Shown here piece after piece: positions 41,482 to 52,866 of a DNA stretch of 64,000 nucleotides. A program made the position numbers and the translations under genes. Under the pieces are notes generated by a model. That model had not been told where the DNA came from. It did no database searches and saw only the letters and a list, made by a program, of their open reading frames with translations. The number at the start of each line of letters is the position of its first letter. Positions within the stretch are counted from its first letter, which is position 1. This DNA is from Chloroflexota bacterium (GTDB lineage Bacteria > Chloroflexota > UBA11872 > VXNJ01), in the NCBI GenBank assembly GCA_965261345.1, contig OZ253449.1:480001-544000 (forward strand), in the 5' to 3' direction.

Positions 41482-43311
41482 ATGGCCGGCGAAATCGAAG
41501 AGGTAAAAACGCGAATTTCGGCCGAGGCGATCATCGGCCGACACGTGCAATTGCAACGCTCGGGCCAGCATCTGCGCGGGCGCTGTCCATTCCACGAAGA
41601 GCGCACCCCCTCGTTTTTTGTCTTCCTCGACTCGGGCAATTACAAGTGCTTTGGTTGCGGCGAGTCCGGCGACGTTTTCACTTTCCTAATGAAGATCGAA
41701 AACCTCACCTTCCGGGAATCGCTGGAACGCTTGGCCGACGAAACCGGCGTAAGCCTTCGGCGGGGGAATCGCGACCCCAAGCTTCAGGCTCACCTGCGTG
41801 CGCTGGTGGGTGCCAACGAGGCCGCCTGCCAGTATTTCGAGCGTCAACTAGCGTCGCATCGGGAGGGCGAGGCGGCGCGCGAATACCTGCGCAAGCGCGG
41901 GATAACGGCGGAGAGCCAAAGGCGATTTCGGATCGGGCTCGCTCCCAGCGGCTGGGATGGACTTATCGGCGCCCTGCGCGCGCAGGGCATATCGGGCGAT
42001 CTAATACTGGCCGCTGGACTGGCGCGGGCCGGCGAACGCGATTCGATCTACGATGCCTTCCGATCCCGCCTGATGTTTCCCATCCGATCGGCCAAATCAT
42101 CGGTTCTCGGATTTGGGGGACGAACCCTCGGTGACGATCCGGCCAAGTACATAAACACCGCCGGCACCGATATCTTCGACAAGAGTCGCCTGCTATACGG
42201 GCTTGATCTAGCCCGCGCCAGCGTGCGGAAATCCCGTTCGGTGGTAATCGTCGAGGGCTATACCGACGTGATTGCGGCGCACCAGGCCGGAATTGGCAAC
42301 GTGGTCGCCTCCATGGGCACCTCGCTGACCGAGCGCCAATTTAGGGCGATTGCGAGCGGGGTCGACGAGGTGGTCCTGTGCATGGATGGGGACCTGGCCG
42401 GACGTGCCGCCGGGCGCCGCAATCTGCAACGGATCGACCAGGAACTTGGCTCCTTGACGTGGCACGAGGGCCAGCTTGATGCCGAGATCAAGGTCGTGGA
42501 GCTGCCGGCCGGGAAGGACCCCGACCAGATCATCTCCCACCAACCGGAGCAATGGCCGGAAATCATCGCCAGGGCCACGCCCTTGGCCGACTACCTCTTT
42601 GCCGCGATCGTTGCCGAATCCGATATTTCCTCGCGTCGCGGACGCGCCCAGGCGCTTAGCGAAGCGCTCAAGTATGTCGCCCGCCTAGGCGGCGGCGATC
42701 CGGTCGTTCGCGCTGACTACGTGGCCGCACTGGCCAAAAAGCTGGGTATTTCCGAATCGGCAATCGAGCGTGAGCTAGCTGGCCGCGACCGGCGGGCGGG
42801 GTCCGGGAAACCAGAAATCGGTGCACCGGCGGCCGCCGGGAACCGTTCGGCAATTTCGGTCGACGATCAATTGTGCGCGCTGGCCATGGCCAATCCGGCC
42901 CTGTTGCGGCAGGCGATCGGACGTGAAGCTCTGCCGATAGCCGCACTCGGATCGGCCGAAGCGCGGACCGTTTTTGAACTATTGGACCGGGTTCAGTCCT
43001 CCGAACCGGCCTCCTCCTACTTGGTCGACCGGTTGGGTGAGGACCTTGGCGATTATCTCGAGCACCTCCAGGCCATTACCCGCCGGCATCCGGCGCCGGC
43101 CAGCGAACAGTTGCTGCTGGCCGATCTCGGACGGTTGGTGCTGCAGGTGCGTAAACGCCACCTGTCGGCCGAAATGGATAGCGCCGTCTCGTTGCTAGCC
43201 GACGGGGCCGACGCCGCAACACGCGAAAAGGCATTGGGCGAACTGGAAGAATTGCGGCGCGAACGCTTAGCGATCGAACGGCAGCTGAGGACCCTGGCAA
43301 TTTCCACCTAA
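41482..43311 (+). CDS. dnaG: DNA primase
   Basis: Zn finger CPFH.ERTPSF...CFGC, RLMFPI, GFGGR, KYIN, VEGYTD, DGD.AG, KDPD. Confidence 0.97.
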   Translation: MAGEIEEVKTRISAEAIIGRHVQLQRSGQHLRGRCPFHEERTPSFFVFLDSGNYKCFGCGESGDVFTFLMKIENLTFRESLERLADETGVSLRRGNRDPKLQAHLRALVGANEAACQYFERQLASHREGEAAREYLRKRGITAESQRRFRIGLAPSGWDGLIGALRAQGISGDLILAAGLARAGERDSIYDAFRSRLMFPIRSAKSSVLGFGGRTLGDDPAKYINTAGTDIFDKSRLLYGLDLARASVRKSRSVVIVEGYTDVIAAHQAGIGNVVASMGTSLTERQFRAIASGVDEVVLCMDGDLAGRAAGRRNLQRIDQELGSLTWHEGQLDAEIKVVELPAGKDPDQIISHQPEQWPEIIARATPLADYLFAAIVAESDISSRRGRAQALSEALKYVARLGGGDPVVRADYVAALAKKLGISESAIERELAGRDRRAGSGKPEIGAPAAAGNRSAISVDDQLCALAMANPALLRQAIGREALPIAALGSAEARTVFELLDRVQSSEPASSYLVDRLGEDLGDYLEHLQAITRRHPAPASEQLLLADLGRLVLQVRKRHLSAEMDSAVSLLADGADAATREKALGELEELRRERLAIERQLRTLAIST

Positions 43312-43463
43312 AATTTGTCGGATCGCTCCAACGTAGCAGCGTTCCGTTTCTCTTTGGTAGAGCCGGATTTAACTCCAGAAAATCGGGCACCCGGCGCTGG
43401 GCTGGCCGATAATTCAACCTCAGTCCGCACCCCTAAACGGGTCGGCGGGGCTGGAGCAACGGC

Positions 43464-44924
<1,461 letters not shown>

Positions 44925-45046
44925 TTTAAGTCGCTCTTCCCGCCAGCTATAAAATTCTTCCCCTGCGATGGTGCGGGTCATAGGCCATTGACGGCCAGCG
45001 TTGCCTCAACGCGATCCAACTCTCCAACCGCCCAATCGACGCAGCA

Positions 45047-48000
45047 ATGACCCACGATTCCGACTGCGGCTACCCGGGCCTCATCGACCCGGCGGCGTCG
45101 CGCGCTGCCTGCGGAGTGGGCTTGATCGCCGACTTAGACGGTAGGCGCAGCTACCAGACCGTTAGTGACGGCCTTACCATCCTGGAGAACCTGGCCCACC
45201 GCGGCGCCAAAAACGCCGACCCTCTCACCGGCGACGGTTCGGGAATTCTGCTACCGATCGCCGACGAATTCTTCCGGCCGATTACCAGGGCCACCGGCAT
45301 CGCCCTCCCGTCGCAGGGTAACTACGCGATCGGCTCGGTATTCCTGCCGCCGAACCCAGACGAGGCCGATGGGTGCCGTCGGTTGCTCGAAGAGGTCGCC
45401 CGCGAGCGCGGCCAGGTCGTGCTGGGCTGGCGCGATGTACCGATCCGGCCCGGGCAAATTGGGCGCCAGGGCCGTGAACGGATGCCACTTATCCAGCAGG
45501 TTTTCCTGGACGTGAGCGATTCCGCCCGGCGGAGCGAACAGGTCACTGAGCGACGTTTGTTCATTACCCGCAAATTGATCGAGCACCGGGCCGCTGGACT
45601 GGGACTTGCCGATCCCGACACATTTTTCATTTGCTCGCTCTCGACTCTGACCGTCGTCTATAAAGGGATGCTGATCTCGACCCAGACCCGCCAGTTTTTC
45701 CCTGACCTGGGCGATCCGCGGATGCTTGCCCATTTCGCGATCGTGCACTCGCGTTTTTCAACCAATACGCTCGGGTCCTGGCGTCTGGCCCACCCCTACC
45801 GTATGACGGTTCACAACGGTGAGATCAACACCGCCCGCGGCAACATCAACTGGATGGCCGCCCGCGAGCCGATTCTCGATCACCCCGATTACCGGGGATT
45901 CGGCAACGATCTCTTCCCAATCGTGATGCCCGATTCGTCGGACACAGCCGCCTTTGACAATGTGATCGAGTTGCTGGTGCGCTCGGGACGTCCGCTGGCC
46001 CAGGCGATGCTGATGATGGTGCCCGAGGCTTGGGAGCGGCACACCGAAATGCCGCCCGAGATGACCGCCTTCTATCGCTACCACGCCTGCCTGATGGAGC
46101 CGTGGGACGGCCCGGCGCTGCTGGTTACCACCGATGGAAGGCAGATTGCCGCCCTGCTCGACCGCAATGGATTTCGACCATTCCGCTACACCGAGACCTT
46201 AGATGGCCGACTGGTGATGGCGTCGGAAACCGGAGTGCTCGACATTGCAACCGAGAACGTCAAATCACGCGGCCGGCTCGCCCCGGGGCAGATCTTTGTA
46301 ATCGACCCCGGTGGTGGTGGAATCCTTACCGACGACCAGATCAAGCCGACCCTGGCAGGCGCCCAACCCTACGCCGACTGGTTGGCCGCAAACCTCCGCG
46401 CAGTCGAAGATTTACCCGAACCGCCCGACGCCGAAACCCGGCCGGCGACTCCATTGCAGCAACGGCAGCGGGCGTTCGGCTATACCTTCGAGGAGTTGAC
46501 CGCAATCCTCGAGCCGATGGGACTGAACGCGGCCGAGCCGATCGGATCGATGGGCCTCGACACTCCCTTGGCGGTATTTTCCGAGCGTCCGCAATCGCTT
46601 TTTAACTATTTCCGACAGCTTTTCGCCCAGGTTTCCAATCCGCCGGTAGATGCAATCCGCGAGGAGTTGGTCACCTCCCTGGACACGTTGCTGGGGCGCC
46701 GTCGCAACCTTCTGGCCGAGACCGCCGAACACGCACGCTTACTCCATCTGCCATCCCCAGTAATTGACGATCGAACCTGTTCCCGAATCCAAAACCTGGA
46801 CAGCCAAGACTTCAGATGCGCGACCCTGGACGCGCTGTATGGGCCGGTTGCCGAACCCGGGACGCTAAAGCTCGGCATGGACCGCCTGTGCGCCGATGCC
46901 GACGCCGCCATAGCTGCCGGGTCCTCGATCCTGGTAATATCCGATCTGCGGGCCGATTCCCACAACGCTCCTATCCCCGCGTTGCTGGCGGTAGCCGGAG
47001 TACATCACCACCTGATCCGTTCGGGTACCCGCCTGTCCTGCGGAATCATCGCAAAGACCGGCGAGGCCCTCGATGTGCATTCGGTGGCCTGCCTGCTCGG
47101 CTACGGTGCCCAGGCGGTCAACCCGTACCTGGCATTGGAATCGATTGCCGAGCTGGCCACCTGTGGTCAGCTGGACGGACTTGACTCGGCTGAGGCCGAA
47201 GCCAACTACCTCAAGGCGCTCGCCAAGGGCGTGCTCAAGATCATGTCCAAGATGGGCATCTCCACCGTCCGCAGCTACCAGGGCGCCCAGATATTCGAAT
47301 CGGTCGGACTCTCCCTGGCGCTGGTTGATAGGTACTTTACCTGGACACCCTCCCGAATCGGTGGGCTCTCGATTGACGAACTGCAATCAGAATATGCTCA
47401 ACGGCAACGGGCCACTTATCCGCCCGGCGGCGGGCTGGAAGGCAACCTGGAATTGGACCCGGGCGGGTTCTTCCAGTGGTACCGCGACGGTGAGCGGCAT
47501 ATGCTCAACCCCGCCACCGTGGCCCTGCTGCAAAAGGCCACCGGCGCCAACGATTTTTCCGTTTATGAACAATTTGCCGCCCAGTGCGAAGCCGATGACC
47601 TGCGTGCCACGACCCTGCGCGGGATCCTTGATTTCCGCCGTGCCAAGGAGCCGCTTGACATCGAGCTGGTAGAGCCGGAGGAAAGGATCGTACAACGATT
47701 CGCAACCGGGGCTATTTCGCTGGGCGCCATTTCCAAGGAGGCCCATGAGGCCCTGGCGATCGCGATGAACTCGATCGGTGCCAAATCCAACACTGGCGAG
47801 GGCGGCGAGGACCATCGGCGATTCCACCCGGACCGCGACGGCACCTGGCGCAACAGTTCGATCAAGCAGGTCGCGTCGGGACGGTTTGGGGTCACCACCG
47901 ACTACCTAGTAAATGCCACCGACCTGCAGATCAAGATGGCGCAGGGCTCCAAGCCCGGCGAAGGCGGGCAACTGCCGGGCCAAAAGGTCGACGAATACAT

Positions 48001-49609
48001 CGGCTGGATACGACATTCGATGCCTGGAGTTGAGCTCATCTCGCCGCCTCCGCATCACGACATCTATTCGATCGAAGACCTGGCGCAGTTGATCCATGAC
48101 CTTAAAAACGTCAATCCCTTCGCCCGGATCAACGTCAAATTAGTGGCCGCGATGGGAGTCGGCACGATCGCCGCCGGGGTGGCCAAGGCCTTTGGCGACG
48201 TGGTGCTCATATCCGGCGATTCCGGCGGGACTGGGGCCTCGCCGTGGTCCTCGGTCAAGCATGCCGGCCTGCCGTGGGAATTGGGGCTGGCCGAAACCCA
48301 CCAGGTTCTGTTGGCCAACGATTTGCGTTCGCGGATCGTGGTCCAAACCGACGGACAGCTGCGCACAGGGCGTGACGTTGCGGTGGCCTGCCTCCTCGGC
48401 GCCGAAGAATTCGGTTTCTCCACCCTGCCGCTGGTGACCCTGGGTTGCGTAATGCTGCGAAAGTGCCACCTAAATACCTGTTCAGTCGGTGTGGCCACCC
48501 AGGACCCGGTGTTGCGGGCGCGATTCGCCGGGAAGCCGGAGGCGGTGGTCAACTATTTCTTCATGGTGGCCCGACATCTGCGCCAGATCATGGCCGAGCT
48601 TGGCCTAAAAAACACTGACGAAATGATTGGTCGCGTCGATCTGTTAGTTCCTCGTGAAGGAATCAAGCTGGCCAAGACCAAGGGCATTGACCTGCAGCGC
48701 CTGCTTTATGCGCCCACGGTGCCAGCCGAGGTCGGGCGGCACAAGATGTTCTCGCAGCAGCACGGCCTCAACCACGCGCTAGACAACCAGATCATTCGAA
48801 GCCTGTCCCCGGCTCTGAAGGCCGGACGCAAGACCAGGGCAAGTTTCAAGATCCGCAACTCCAACCGTACGCTGCTTACGATGCTCTCGGGCGATATCGC
48901 CCGCGGCGGCAACCCGCCGCTCGAACCCGACTCGATTCAATTGGACCTGAGCGGATCCTGCGGGCAAAGCTTTGGCGCCTTTCTGGTCGAGGGCATAAAC
49001 GCGCGCGTGGTTGGCGACGCCAACGATTACTTTGGCAAAGGGATGTCTGGTGGAACGATTTCCATCCGCCCGCCCCCGGCAGCCCGATATTTGGCCGAGG
49101 AGAACATCATCGTTGGCAACGTCGTGCTGTACGGGGCCACCGGCGGAAGACTCTTCGTCCGCGGCCAGGCTGGCGAGCGCTTCGCGGTCCGCAATTCGGG
49201 CGCCAATTCGGTCGTCGAAGGCGTGGGCGACCACGGCTGTGAATACATGACCGGTGGGGTGGTGGTGGTGCTTGGGCCGACCGGGCGCAATTTTGCCGCC
49301 GGAATGAGCGGCGGCATTGCCTACGTGTTAGATCCGCAGGCACGCCTGGCGGGCGGGCGTTGCAACCTTGAGCTGGTGGAGCTGGAGGACCCGGCCCAAA
49401 GCGACCTAGAAACTATTCACCGCCTAATCACCGAGCATTTCCAATTTACCGAAAGTGCGGTTGCCGCGCGGCTGCTTGCCGACTGGGATCGCGCCCAGCT
49501 GGAATTCGTCAAAATCATGCCACGCGATTACCGGCGGGTACTTGCCGAACGGGCAGCGCGTTCCGCCGGGGAACAGGCGTTAGCCATGGAGTTGGTTCAC
49601 AACGGCTAG
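45047..49609 (+). CDS. gltB: Glutamate synthase large subunit
   Basis: ACGVG amidotransferase Cys, HSRFSTNT, HNGEIN, EPWDGPA, IKQVASGRFGV, QGSKPGEGGQL, C..LRKCHLNTC, GXGXG domain. Confidence 0.98.
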   Translation: MTHDSDCGYPGLIDPAASRAACGVGLIADLDGRRSYQTVSDGLTILENLAHRGAKNADPLTGDGSGILLPIADEFFRPITRATGIALPSQGNYAIGSVFLPPNPDEADGCRRLLEEVARERGQVVLGWRDVPIRPGQIGRQGRERMPLIQQVFLDVSDSARRSEQVTERRLFITRKLIEHRAAGLGLADPDTFFICSLSTLTVVYKGMLISTQTRQFFPDLGDPRMLAHFAIVHSRFSTNTLGSWRLAHPYRMTVHNGEINTARGNINWMAAREPILDHPDYRGFGNDLFPIVMPDSSDTAAFDNVIELLVRSGRPLAQAMLMMVPEAWERHTEMPPEMTAFYRYHACLMEPWDGPALLVTTDGRQIAALLDRNGFRPFRYTETLDGRLVMASETGVLDIATENVKSRGRLAPGQIFVIDPGGGGILTDDQIKPTLAGAQPYADWLAANLRAVEDLPEPPDAETRPATPLQQRQRAFGYTFEELTAILEPMGLNAAEPIGSMGLDTPLAVFSERPQSLFNYFRQLFAQVSNPPVDAIREELVTSLDTLLGRRRNLLAETAEHARLLHLPSPVIDDRTCSRIQNLDSQDFRCATLDALYGPVAEPGTLKLGMDRLCADADAAIAAGSSILVISDLRADSHNAPIPALLAVAGVHHHLIRSGTRLSCGIIAKTGEALDVHSVACLLGYGAQAVNPYLALESIAELATCGQLDGLDSAEAEANYLKALAKGVLKIMSKMGISTVRSYQGAQIFESVGLSLALVDRYFTWTPSRIGGLSIDELQSEYAQRQRATYPPGGGLEGNLELDPGGFFQWYRDGERHMLNPATVALLQKATGANDFSVYEQFAAQCEADDLRATTLRGILDFRRAKEPLDIELVEPEERIVQRFATGAISLGAISKEAHEALAIAMNSIGAKSNTGEGGEDHRRFHPDRDGTWRNSSIKQVASGRFGVTTDYLVNATDLQIKMAQGSKPGEGGQLPGQKVDEYIGWIRHSMPGVELISPPPHHDIYSIEDLAQLIHDLKNVNPFARINVKLVAAMGVGTIAAGVAKAFGDVVLISGDSGGTGASPWSSVKHAGLPWELGLAETHQVLLANDLRSRIVVQTDGQLRTGRDVAVACLLGAEEFGFSTLPLVTLGCVMLRKCHLNTCSVGVATQDPVLRARFAGKPEAVVNYFFMVARHLRQIMAELGLKNTDEMIGRVDLLVPREGIKLAKTKGIDLQRLLYAPTVPAEVGRHKMFSQQHGLNHALDNQIIRSLSPALKAGRKTRASFKIRNSNRTLLTMLSGDIARGGNPPLEPDSIQLDLSGSCGQSFGAFLVEGINARVVGDANDYFGKGMSGGTISIRPPPAARYLAEENIIVGNVVLYGATGGRLFVRGQAGERFAVRNSGANSVVEGVGDHGCEYMTGGVVVVLGPTGRNFAAGMSGGIAYVLDPQARLAGGRCNLELVELEDPAQSDLETIHRLITEHFQFTESAVAARLLADWDRAQLEFVKIMPRDYRRVLAERAARSAGEQALAMELVHNG

Positions 49610-51080
49610 TTTATCCGGCTTTCTAAGCCATCAACGACGCACGATCCCAAAGCGCGATGTCGATTCGCGAATTGGCGATTGGCGCGAGATATATCTGGAG
49701 CGGGCCCCCGGTCAATCGGGGAAGCAGGCCTCGCGCTGCATGGGTTGCGGCATTCCTTTCTGCCACACTGCCTGCCCGCTGGGCAATAAGATCCCAGACT
49801 TTAATCGCCATGTCTTTCACCAGCGCTGGGGCGATGCCCTAAAGGTCCTCCATTCCACCAACAACTTCCCGGAATTTACCGGCCGCATCTGCCCGGCCCC
49901 GTGCGAGGAATCGTGCGTCCTGGCAATAAATTCCGACCCGGTAACGATCGAACACATCGAGCGTGAAATTGCCGACTGGGGGTTTGCCAACGGCCAAATC
50001 AAACCGCAACCGCCACGCCACCGCAGCGGCCGGAGGGTGGCAGTCGTCGGGTCGGGTCCGGCCGGCCTGGCCGCCGCCCAGCAGCTGAACCGCTGTGGCC
50101 ACAACGTTGTCGTCTTCGAGCGCGACGAATATCCGGGAGGGTTGCTAACGCTGGGGATCCCCGACTTCAAGCTGGAGAAGGAGGTCGTTTTCCGGCGGGT
50201 CAACCAGCTTGAACAGGAGGGGATCCAATTTCGCACCGGGGTTAACGTCGGTACCGAGATCGACGTGCAGCAGCTGCGATGCGAATTCGACGCGATCTGC
50301 CTTGCCACCGGCGCCAATTACCCGCGCTCCTTTACCATCCCTGGTTACGAGCTCGACGGGGTCGTCTACGCGATGGATTACCTGTGCCAGCAGATCCGCC
50401 GCAATCTGGGCCAGCAGATTCCCGATTCGGAATTCATCTCGGCCAACGGCCGGAACGTGGTAATCATTGGAGGCGGCGATACTGCCGCCGACTGCCTGGG
50501 AACCGCCATTCGCCAGGGAGCCAACCAGATATATCAATTTGACATCCACGAATGGCCGGAGGAGCGCGCTGCCGACAACCCCTGGCCATATTGGCCGGCA
50601 ATAATGCGGACCCGCACCACGCCGGCCCACGAAGAGGGTGGGATCCGCAACTTCAACGTCCATGCCCAACGCCTCATCGGCGCCGAAAACCGCGTCACCG
50701 GGCTTGAGGCGATCCGGTTGGCATGGGGCGAAAAGGATGGCCGAGGACGCCCCAAGATGATCCGTCTGCCCGATTCCGAATTCGTGCTCGATGTCGATTT
50801 GGTACTGGTTGCAATCGGCTTTTCGGCCCCGATCGAAGAGAGCCTATTTGGCCAGCTGGGAGTTGGGTTCGATGGCCGCGGAATGGTGGCCGTAGACGGC
50901 GATCAGATGACGACCACCCCGGGGGTATTCGCCTGCGGCGACATCCACCGTGGCATGTCGCTGGTGGTCTGGGCGATCGCCCATGGGCGCGACGCCGCGC
51001 GTGGGATTGACCGGTACCTTAGCGGTCGCACCGATCTGCCGGCCAGCGCGCTTACCGGCGAATTAGGCGTCGGGCGCTAG
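49602..51080 (+). CDS. gltD: Glutamate synthase small subunit
   Basis: RCMGCGIPFC..CP, NNFPEFTGRICPAPCE..C, GSGPAG, GGGDTAADC, GD..RG.SLVVWAI. The open frame extends 46 codons upstream of ATG 49740 to ACG 49602. Confidence 0.93.
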   Translation, partial: TASLSGFLSHQRRTIPKRDVDSRIGDWREIYLERAPGQSGKQASRCMGCGIPFCHTACPLGNKIPDFNRHVFHQRWGDALKVLHSTNNFPEFTGRICPAPCEESCVLAINSDPVTIEHIEREIADWGFANGQIKPQPPRHRSGRRVAVVGSGPAGLAAAQQLNRCGHNVVVFERDEYPGGLLTLGIPDFKLEKEVVFRRVNQLEQEGIQFRTGVNVGTEIDVQQLRCEFDAICLATGANYPRSFTIPGYELDGVVYAMDYLCQQIRRNLGQQIPDSEFISANGRNVVIIGGGDTAADCLGTAIRQGANQIYQFDIHEWPEERAADNPWPYWPAIMRTRTTPAHEEGGIRNFNVHAQRLIGAENRVTGLEAIRLAWGEKDGRGRPKMIRLPDSEFVLDVDLVLVAIGFSAPIEESLFGQLGVGFDGRGMVAVDGDQMTTTPGVFACGDIHRGMSLVVWAIAHGRDAARGIDRYLSGRTDLPASALTGELGVGR

Positions 51081-51913
51081 CCACCTACCCCGGCCGCGGC
51101 GAAAGCTCGGGTCAACACCGAATAACCCAGACGGGCGCTTGCGAACGGATCATAGTCAGGGCGGGCCTGAACCATGACCGAAACCTCCAGAGTCTGGTAT
51201 CCGCGGTAACCGGCAGCGGCCATGAGCCTCAATTCGGTCGCGTAGTCGTAGTCGTCCTCCCCCGGGACCAGGAACTGGTGATCCGGCCAACGCCCGTGAA
51301 CGCCTTTCAGATGAGTGTGGATGGTGTCCGGGCCCAACAATTCAACCGCCCGGTCGAGCGAAAGTCCCTGGGCCAGGAAATGCGAGAAATCAAAATTCAC
51401 CCCCAGGCATTCACGCCCGAGTTGATCAAGGACCCAGGCGGTCTGTTGCGGTAGGTGCAGGGCCGACCCCACATGCGGCTCGAGGGCGATTGCCACTCCG
51501 GCCGCGCGGGCACTCTCAAGGAGCGGTCCCAGGCGTTCGAGAATTTTCTGTCTGTCACCCTCCCAGTTCCCGGGATCGCCGCCGACGGTGGTGTTGATCG
51601 CCGGGGGGCAAGGCCGGTCGAGGGCAACGCTCAGCTCGATCGCCTTGCGAATGCGCTCACTGCCGGCTTGCAGTGCCCGGTCGTCGACCCCGATCAATGG
51701 GGAATGGGCGGCGATCGCCGGCAGGCCTAAATCAAGATCGTCGAGCAGCTTGGCAATTTCCCCGACCGCGGTGGGATCCAGGTCGTCGATTCGGGTGGTC
51801 CAAGCCGGCAGAACGGTCAATTCGACCCCGGTAAATCCGGTTGAAGCGGCGAATGAACATACATCGTCGAATCCGACGCCGGGCATTCCCCAGTTTGATA
51901 GTCCCAGTTTCAT
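51077..51913 (-). CDS. Sugar phosphate isomerase/epimerase (xylose isomerase-like TIM barrel)
   Basis: GFTGVEL, IALEPH, NFDFSH, HTHLKG, GYRGYQTLE. Confidence 0.85.
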   Translation of the reverse strand: MKLGLSNWGMPGVGFDDVCSFAASTGFTGVELTVLPAWTTRIDDLDPTAVGEIAKLLDDLDLGLPAIAAHSPLIGVDDRALQAGSERIRKAIELSVALDRPCPPAINTTVGGDPGNWEGDRQKILERLGPLLESARAAGVAIALEPHVGSALHLPQQTAWVLDQLGRECLGVNFDFSHFLAQGLSLDRAVELLGPDTIHTHLKGVHGRWPDHQFLVPGEDDYDYATELRLMAAAGYRGYQTLEVSVMVQARPDYDPFASARLGYSVLTRAFAAAGVGG

Positions 51914-51925
51914 GGGCTGGCCGGC

Positions 51926-52801
51926 CTAGGCGCCGGGAAACCTGAGCGCGCCGCGACGGTCGGTTGCCGCCCGCAGCAGGGCCCCAGTCCCGGTGGTAAC
52001 GTACAGGTCGGAAAGGTCGGGTCCGCCAAAGGTGCAGTTGGTGGGGTTGTCGCGCCGGATCGGGTGGGTTTCCAGGATTCGGCCGGAGGTTTCAAACACA
52101 TAGATCATTGGCCCCGGTCCACCGGCGCTGCGGCCGGCGGTTGCAACGATGTGGCCGTTGGAATCCCAACACATTCCGTCGATCGCCCGGTAGGGGAAAA
52201 AGTTGTGGACTACGCGATATTGTCCGAGGGATCCGTTGTTGCGGATCGGGTAGGCCCGCAATTCGCGCGGTTCGCCGGGTTCTATGCCAGCGTTGGAGAC
52301 GAACAGCTCGCCCTGGTCGGGCGAAACCAGGATACCGTTGGGCTTGGTGGTGTCAAAGGTGACGCGCTCGATGTCGAAATCGCCACCGCCCGGCGTGAGC
52401 CGGTAGACCGATTGGTGGTCCAGTTCCATTGGCGGCGAGAGGGCATCATAGCGCGGATCGGTAAACCAGATCTGATCCTGGTCGTCAAAGGCAAGGTCGT
52501 TAGGGCTGTTGAGCCGCTTGCCCTCAAATGTTTCGACCAGAACGTCGTAACCGCCGCCCTGGCGAAAGCGGCAGATGGCGCCACGGTTCTGGCTGCAACC
52601 GTAGAGTTGGCCGTCGCGGTCAAAGAGCAGGCCGTTGGTCCGCGCGGTATCTTCGTGCCAGGGATGGCAGGTCCCGGCCTCCGGATCAAAGGCCATGATG
52701 CGGTTGTTGTCGATGTCGGTAAAGAGCAGTTGTCGACCGTCCCAGGCGGGACCTTCGGCCAGGCTAAAACCCTCCGCTAATACCTCAAACTCCCAGCTCA
52801 C
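51926..52801 (-). CDS. SMP-30/gluconolactonase family protein
   Basis: EGPAW, TNGL, LNSPNDL, FTDP, PNGI, DGM, TNCTFGG. Confidence 0.92.
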   Translation of the reverse strand: MSWEFEVLAEGFSLAEGPAWDGRQLLFTDIDNNRIMAFDPEAGTCHPWHEDTARTNGLLFDRDGQLYGCSQNRGAICRFRQGGGYDVLVETFEGKRLNSPNDLAFDDQDQIWFTDPRYDALSPPMELDHQSVYRLTPGGGDFDIERVTFDTTKPNGILVSPDQGELFVSNAGIEPGEPRELRAYPIRNNGSLGQYRVVHNFFPYRAIDGMCWDSNGHIVATAGRSAGGPGPMIYVFETSGRILETHPIRRDNPTNCTFGGPDLSDLYVTTGTGALLRAATDRRGALRFPGA

Positions 52802-52866
52802 CGCCGACTCCTTAAAGTCTCCAAAGGGACCAATATTTGCGGCAAGCTGCTGCCGCGCACTCTAAC

